Assembly: GCA_016839605.1 (NCBI GenBank)
Contig: JAEOTX010000179.1
Coordinates: 1 to 20,312, forward strand
Direction: 5' to 3'
Source of the DNA: Candidatus Thorarchaeota archaeon
GTDB taxonomy: Archaea; Asgardarchaeota; Thorarchaeia; Thorarchaeales; Thorarchaeaceae
Length of the DNA: 20,312 bases
The notes below the pieces were generated by a model that did no database searches, was not told the DNA's origin, and worked only from the letters and a program-made list of their open reading frames with translations. Shown in pieces: positions 15,744-20,312 of this stretch; position 1 is the stretch's first letter, and the number at the start of each line of letters is the position of its first letter. The position numbers and the translations under genes are program-made.

Positions 15744-16838
15744 CTATTTTTCCTCAAGTGCCATTTTGATTGCGGTTTCGAAGTCCTCTGGAGTTACGCC
15801 AGGTGATTCTAGTGACTGTTTCTTATAGACTCCCTTGATTCTCATTAGTACATCTTCAGTACCTAGCTTAGCACCAACAAGAGCCCTCTCGATGTCCGAG
15901 ATCGCATCGTGGGGATACATGAAGAAGTCGCCGCTGATAACAATGTCCTTGATCTTGTCATCGATTTCTTCTACTGTAACTCTCATGAGTCCTCCAGGGG
16001 CTTTGTGGTTTGCAGTGCCAATAGATGCAGTCGCAGATATCTTGACAGTCCTCACGTCTAGTCTGCCACCTGAACGCCAATGGAGCCATTCATCTGAAAC
16101 GTATTTTGGTTTCAGTTCGTTCATACGAGTCTTTTCCCACTCTGTCAGTTCTCCCGGTACAAGATTGATGTTGAGTATCTTCTCAAATTGATTCAGTAGG
16201 TCCTTCTTCACCTCTTCTCTATCAAAGGTCTTTCCGGTTTCTCTCTCGACCGTACTTAGTCTAGCACGGAGTCCCTGTGCGATCTTGTCACGGAACTTCT
16301 CATCCGGTACTTTGAGAACCTTGACCATCATGTCATAATTGAAAGTGAAAATGATATTTCCAGTAAGAATTCTGGCGTCTCCGACATCTCCTGCTCCATT
16401 TCCTGAGATTTTCCTGCCTTCAACTTGGATGTCATTCACGGGCTTGAATTCTGCATCAATCCCGAGGTTCTTGTATGCCTGAACAGGGGGTTCTAGGACC
16501 TTCTTGTAGTAAGCATCAATATTTCGCGGAGTTGTGGGGCTGTCTACCCGGTGGATCAGTTGATAGAACATTTGTCCCTCATCAAGATAGACACCGCCAC
16601 CACCGATGACTCTGCGTGTAACGAAGATGTCGTTTTCCCGGCAGAATTCCAGGTCGATGTCCTTCTCAATCTCCTGGAAGTATCCTAGGCTGACTAAGGG
16701 CCGTGCTGGCCAGCAGATAATGAGTGTGTTCTCCGACTTCCCTTCAGTGATGCCCTGCGCAATCATGTCATAGATGATTTGGGTCTCAATTGGTTCAATG
16801 GGTCCTATATCGAGAAGCCGCCATGTTTCAAGCGTCAT
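15744..16838 (-). CDS. lplA: Lipoate--protein ligase with catalytic and C-terminal accessory domains (LplAB)
   Basis: WRLLD, VSLGYFQ, RRVIGGGGVYLD, NDIQVEGRKISGNG (catalytic Lys), and C-terminal HKAPGGLMRV...ISGDFFMYP. ATG at 16838 preferred. Confidence 0.92.
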   Translation of the reverse strand: MTLETWRLLDIGPIEPIETQIIYDMIAQGITEGKSENTLIICWPARPLVSLGYFQEIEKDIDLEFCRENDIFVTRRVIGGGGVYLDEGQMFYQLIHRVDSPTTPRNIDAYYKKVLEPPVQAYKNLGIDAEFKPVNDIQVEGRKISGNGAGDVGDARILTGNIIFTFNYDMMVKVLKVPDEKFRDKIAQGLRARLSTVERETGKTFDREEVKKDLLNQFEKILNINLVPGELTEWEKTRMNELKPKYVSDEWLHWRSGGRLDVRTVKISATASIGTANHKAPGGLMRVTVEEIDDKIKDIVISGDFFMYPHDAISDIERALVGAKLGTEDVLMRIKGVYKKQSLESPGVTPEDFETAIKMALEEK

Positions 16839-16938
16839 AACAGCGCAACCAAATCCTGACTCTAATAACCACTTCGGTAGCACACGGCATTCATCCCAAC
16901 CATTAAATCACCATACTTCTGAACTTCCTATGATGTGA

Positions 16939-17703
16939 ATGATTGAAGCTATGGGACTGACCAAGATGTTCAGTGAGTTCACAGCTGTGAATGAACTCAG
17001 CTTTCAAGTTGCCACTGGGGAGATATACGGACTTCTCGGCCCCAACGGCTCAGGCAAGTCCACAACCATGCGAATGCTTCTCGGACTACTGAAGCCAACG
17101 TCTGGAACCGCAAAAATCATGGGCCATGATATTAAGACCGAGATTGTAGCAGCAAAGCGAATTATGGGATATGTTCCCGAAGAAGCTGTGCTTCCTGAAA
17201 GACTCACTGGATGGGAATATGTGAATTATGTGAGTGACATATGGCGTATAGAACGAGGTCCCGAGCGTGAGGAGGAAATTGATGAGATTCTCACACTGCT
17301 AGATATCAAGGATGCGAGTGATGACCTCATTGAAACCTACTCCAAAGGAATGTCTAGAAAGATCGGTCTTGTTGCAGCCCTCATCCATCAACCCCAAGTC
17401 CTCATCCTTGATGAGGTGCAGGCTGGCATTGATCCGAGAGGAGCTGCCACGATAAAGGAGATTCTCAATGGATTGCGGGCAAAAGGAGCTACAATTCTGA
17501 TGAGCACTCATGTTCTAGAGATTGCGGAACAGATGTGTGATAGAATTGGAATCATCAATGAAGGGAAACTTATCGCAGAAGGTACAATGGATGAGCTTCG
17601 TGTTAAAGCAAAAGGCCAGAGTAGTCTTGAAGAGATATTCTTGTCACTGACTGGCGGACCCGACATGCAGAAGATTGCAGAGTACTTGGGTGGGGTTCAG
17701 TGA
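16939..17703 (+). CDS. ABC transporter ATP-binding protein (ABC-2/DrrA-like)
   Basis: Walker A GPNGSGKST, signature YSKGM, Walker B LILDE and H-loop STH. Confidence 0.95.
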   Translation: MIEAMGLTKMFSEFTAVNELSFQVATGEIYGLLGPNGSGKSTTMRMLLGLLKPTSGTAKIMGHDIKTEIVAAKRIMGYVPEEAVLPERLTGWEYVNYVSDIWRIERGPEREEEIDEILTLLDIKDASDDLIETYSKGMSRKIGLVAALIHQPQVLILDEVQAGIDPRGAATIKEILNGLRAKGATILMSTHVLEIAEQMCDRIGIINEGKLIAEGTMDELRVKAKGQSSLEEIFLSLTGGPDMQKIAEYLGGVQ

Positions 17704-19439
17704 CACTAGCTGATGTTCTTCTTCTGCTGAGGCAGGACTTGAATCAGACCTTCCGAATCTCAGGAGCAAAAGGGAAACGCACGGAGCAGAAGAGCACCAT
17801 AAGACGGCTCCTTCGTCCGCTGTTATTTGTGGTAATTGCAGTTGTCATAATATTAGGGATAGTCACTATCGTCCCTCTTTTTGGTTGGAGCGTCATTGCC
17901 GATATTGTGATATCAGACCCCGGACTCGGTGCAACGATATTTAATGTGATTCTCATCTTTGGCTTCATTGGCTCAATTGCATTTTCAGCCACAACTGTTG
18001 GAAATGTCAACCGAATGGAATATCTTCTCACAATGCCCGTTCCGATGCGAACTATATTCCTTGAGAAGACAATCATAATTATCCTCTATAATTCAATGAT
18101 TTGGATGGTCATCGGAGTGCCCATCTTCATTGGTCTGAGCATAGTATCCCCTGCACCACTAGCAGCACTTTCCATACCAGTTTTCATTGTGTTGCTGTTT
18201 TCCCTCGTCACTCTTGGCGTTTCAATTGGGGGTCTTCTTGGTCTTTTCTTCTCACGACTACTTGCAGGAAGACGCACTCTGAAGCAGATTGGCTGGTTCT
18301 TGGGAACCAGCTTTGCGATTGTTATCGGTACTCTTTACTATGTTTTCTTCTGGTTAGGAGATGGTGGCTCAGGCATCTTTGAGGGCATCTTTCAGATTCT
18401 ACGTGACCTAGGACTTGCTTCTGACATCAGTCCTGGATATGCAGTAAGTGCACTCTCCCTCAATATCTTAGTTGGAGCGCCCCTTAATCTGCAGGATATC
18501 CTTCTTGGTGTGCTATTCACCGTGGTTGCCTTTGAGCTGGTCTATGCAAACTCCATAGTGAGCGAGCGGGCCCATTATAGTGGCTGGCTGGCTTCAGGAT
18601 CGAAGAGATCGACAAAAGAACATGTTCCGATAGCGCACACAACATGGAATCCTCAGCCGATACCGGGGTTTCGTTTCAATCAAACAATCAGTGTTTCTAT
18701 CTGGTACAACACCTCCTCAATTAGGAGGGAAGGACGAGTACTGGCCCAATACCTTGTTGGTCCAATGCGAATGGCAATCTGGTTTATTATTCCGTTCATT
18801 GGATTAGGTGAGGCTATTTTCGAGTTCACGCCATACTTCCTATTGGCTGCTCTAATTCCATTCATGGTTTCGTATGGAGTATACTTCGCGGGCTATGAGA
18901 CTGTCTATGAAGGGTCAAATCTGATGACTCTGCAGCTTGCAGCTGCAAACTTTTCCGACTACGTGAAGGGAAAGGCAATCAGTGCGGTACCTTTTGTGAT
19001 AGGAGCAACCACAGTTGGGGCGGTCTTGCTTCTAATCATTAGTCCCACCTTATTGTCTATTCTCCCCGCTATTGTGATTGCTTCCATCTTCATCTGTCTG
19101 GCGGCTGGAGCAATTGCTGCAAACGCCGCTGCAATGGGTGGTGACTTCAAATCTCAACGTATGATTGAACGGCAAAGAGGATCTGCAGTTCAGATGCCCA
19201 TCCGTGGGTGGTCAATGCTAAGAGCACAATTGGTGCCCTATATGCTTGGATACATCGGTGTCTACAGTATAGTGGGCGCAGCTACCTTAGTTGGCGGCAT
19301 TTATGGGGAACTGTTTGGAGCACTGTCTGCGTATGCTGTTCTGGGAGTGGTTTCCTTGGCAGGCTACATCATATTCAACAGATACTCCCATAGTGCTGGT
19401 GTCAAACTGGCTCAGATTGAGGCTTCCAAGTATCTCTAA
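17700..19439 (+). CDS. ABC exporter permease subunit (multi-pass membrane protein)
   Basis: Roughly a dozen or more hydrophobic segments and the EYLLTMPV...IFLEK motif; GTGA overlap with the ATPase stop codon. Confidence 0.85.
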   Translation: MTLADVLLLLRQDLNQTFRISGAKGKRTEQKSTIRRLLRPLLFVVIAVVIILGIVTIVPLFGWSVIADIVISDPGLGATIFNVILIFGFIGSIAFSATTVGNVNRMEYLLTMPVPMRTIFLEKTIIIILYNSMIWMVIGVPIFIGLSIVSPAPLAALSIPVFIVLLFSLVTLGVSIGGLLGLFFSRLLAGRRTLKQIGWFLGTSFAIVIGTLYYVFFWLGDGGSGIFEGIFQILRDLGLASDISPGYAVSALSLNILVGAPLNLQDILLGVLFTVVAFELVYANSIVSERAHYSGWLASGSKRSTKEHVPIAHTTWNPQPIPGFRFNQTISVSIWYNTSSIRREGRVLAQYLVGPMRMAIWFIIPFIGLGEAIFEFTPYFLLAALIPFMVSYGVYFAGYETVYEGSNLMTLQLAAANFSDYVKGKAISAVPFVIGATTVGAVLLLIISPTLLSILPAIVIASIFICLAAGAIAANAAAMGGDFKSQRMIERQRGSAVQMPIRGWSMLRAQLVPYMLGYIGVYSIVGAATLVGGIYGELFGALSAYAVLGVVSLAGYIIFNRYSHSAGVKLAQIEASKYL

Positions 19440-19462
19440 GCGGGCATGACCTCGGCAATACA

Positions 19463-19470
19463 TTCTTTTT
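19463..19470 (+). terminator. Possible oligo-T archaeal terminator
   Basis: TTCTTTTT about 24 nt after the permease stop; could instead be part of the next gene's promoter. Confidence 0.3.
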
Positions 19471-19502
19471 CATTCATTTATGGGACTCTCTAACTAGAAT
19501 CA

Positions 19503-20126
19503 ATGTGGAGTGACGAAGTGACCGAGTCCGTTGATGTTTCAAAGATTCGACACATAATGTTCCTTGGAATTGAGGCTGGAGAACTATTACTCTATGTTCC
19601 ATATGACGGATCAACAGAAGTCAATTATGACATGCGTGCGGCACTTCTTAGAGCAATAATGCAGTTCTCAGAAGATTCACTGAGCATGATTCGCTGGTCA
19701 AACTTCATCTATATGTTCCACAAGGGGGACACTTCCATTGGCCTTATGGGAATGAGCTCAGTCCCTGATGAGGAAATCTATCGGGACAAGCTTGTCAAGA
19801 TTCTCCATTCTTTCGAAAAGGTGTGTAGGACTCCACTCGCAGCTCAAGATGGGGATATTCGAAGATTCAAGAACTTCGCACTTGAGATAATCAAGGAACT
19901 GCCTCTCGTCAACCTGAGTCTTGACTCAGTTCCAAGACTGACTGAAGGGGGCGATCGTATTCCCTGGCGTGTTGGAGAGGTTGATGTAAGCCTCGAAATA
20001 CTTCAACATGCGTCTAACGGAAAACGTACAATTCAAGAAATAATGGATATGACCCGGATGCCTCCACGAGACGTCATTGCCCTTATGTCGATCTTGGCAT
20101 ACTTCAGCTGGATAGAGTTCGATTAG
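19503..20126 (+). CDS. Longin-like + winged-helix protein (NPRL2-like architecture)
   Basis: N-terminal beta-beta-alpha-beta-beta-beta-alpha pattern (IRHIMFL, GELLLY, AALLRAIMQFSE, SMIRW, FIYMFH, SIGLMG, YRDKLVKILHSFEK) and C-terminal VP...NGKRTIQEI...LMSILAYFSWIEF winged-helix pattern. Confidence 0.65.
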   Translation: MWSDEVTESVDVSKIRHIMFLGIEAGELLLYVPYDGSTEVNYDMRAALLRAIMQFSEDSLSMIRWSNFIYMFHKGDTSIGLMGMSSVPDEEIYRDKLVKILHSFEKVCRTPLAAQDGDIRRFKNFALEIIKELPLVNLSLDSVPRLTEGGDRIPWRVGEVDVSLEILQHASNGKRTIQEIMDMTRMPPRDVIALMSILAYFSWIEFD

Positions 20127-20133
20127 TTCTGAC

Positions 20134-20312
20134 TCATAGTTTCGCTACAACTCTACCTGCAGGCACAACAATGTCACAGTCAAAGTAGAGTCCAATCATA
20201 GGTGCCTCGATTTCAAGAATGCTGAGGTCATCCTTAGGACCGCTTGATATCTTGACTTCAACATCACCTGAGCGACCGTTGTGAATGTCATATGTCAGAT
20301 AAGCTGCTGTAA
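20134..20312 (-). CDS. Hypothetical protein, C-terminal fragment (starts beyond window)
   Basis: Open frame from the window edge: TAAYLTYDIHNGRSGDVEVKISSGPKDDLSILEIEAPMIGLYFDCDIVVPAGRVVAKL*, with TGA at 20134-20136, convergent on the previous gene. Confidence 0.7.
   Translation of the reverse strand, partial: TAAYLTYDIHNGRSGDVEVKISSGPKDDLSILEIEAPMIGLYFDCDIVVPAGRVVAKL

Noticed and set aside
317-19393. Numerous 60-162 aa ORFs overlapping the main genes (e.g. 3126-3542, 6320-6724, 13162-13650, 15835-16191)
   Set aside because: Antisense or out-of-frame shadows of well-supported genes, with no recognisable motifs.
1-20312. CRISPR array, tRNA/rRNA, transposase, integrase or defence system
   Set aside because: No regularly spaced repeats, cloverleaf motifs or corresponding protein motifs were seen by eye.

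Overview
A gene-dense archaeal metabolic region, most likely from an Asgard archaeon (Thorarchaeia-like). This assignment is an inference from GGTGA/GAGG ribosome-binding motifs, frequent TTG/GTG starts, a DUF166 gene, an Archaeoglobus-type RuBisCO-like protein and a longin + winged-helix protein. Left to right: a partial Cys-rich DUF5714-like gene (missing from the ORF track), ogt, a saccharopine-dehydrogenase-like / FGGY kinase / PNPOx-like unit, and a convergent minus-strand unit of form IV RLP, flavin oxidoreductase and alpha/alpha-toroid protein. Then come a divergent orphan ~7-TM histidine kinase behind three consecutive dyads, a tetrahydrofolate C1 cluster (fhs, folD, fused FTCD, DUF166), a GalK-like kinase, a ~290-nt intergenic region with strong hairpins, a lipoate ligase, an ABC exporter pair, an NPRL2-like longin-wHTH protein and the 3' end of one more gene. 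I found no rRNA, tRNA, CRISPR or mobile element. All family assignments come from motif recognition and recalled reference sequences, not from database searches.
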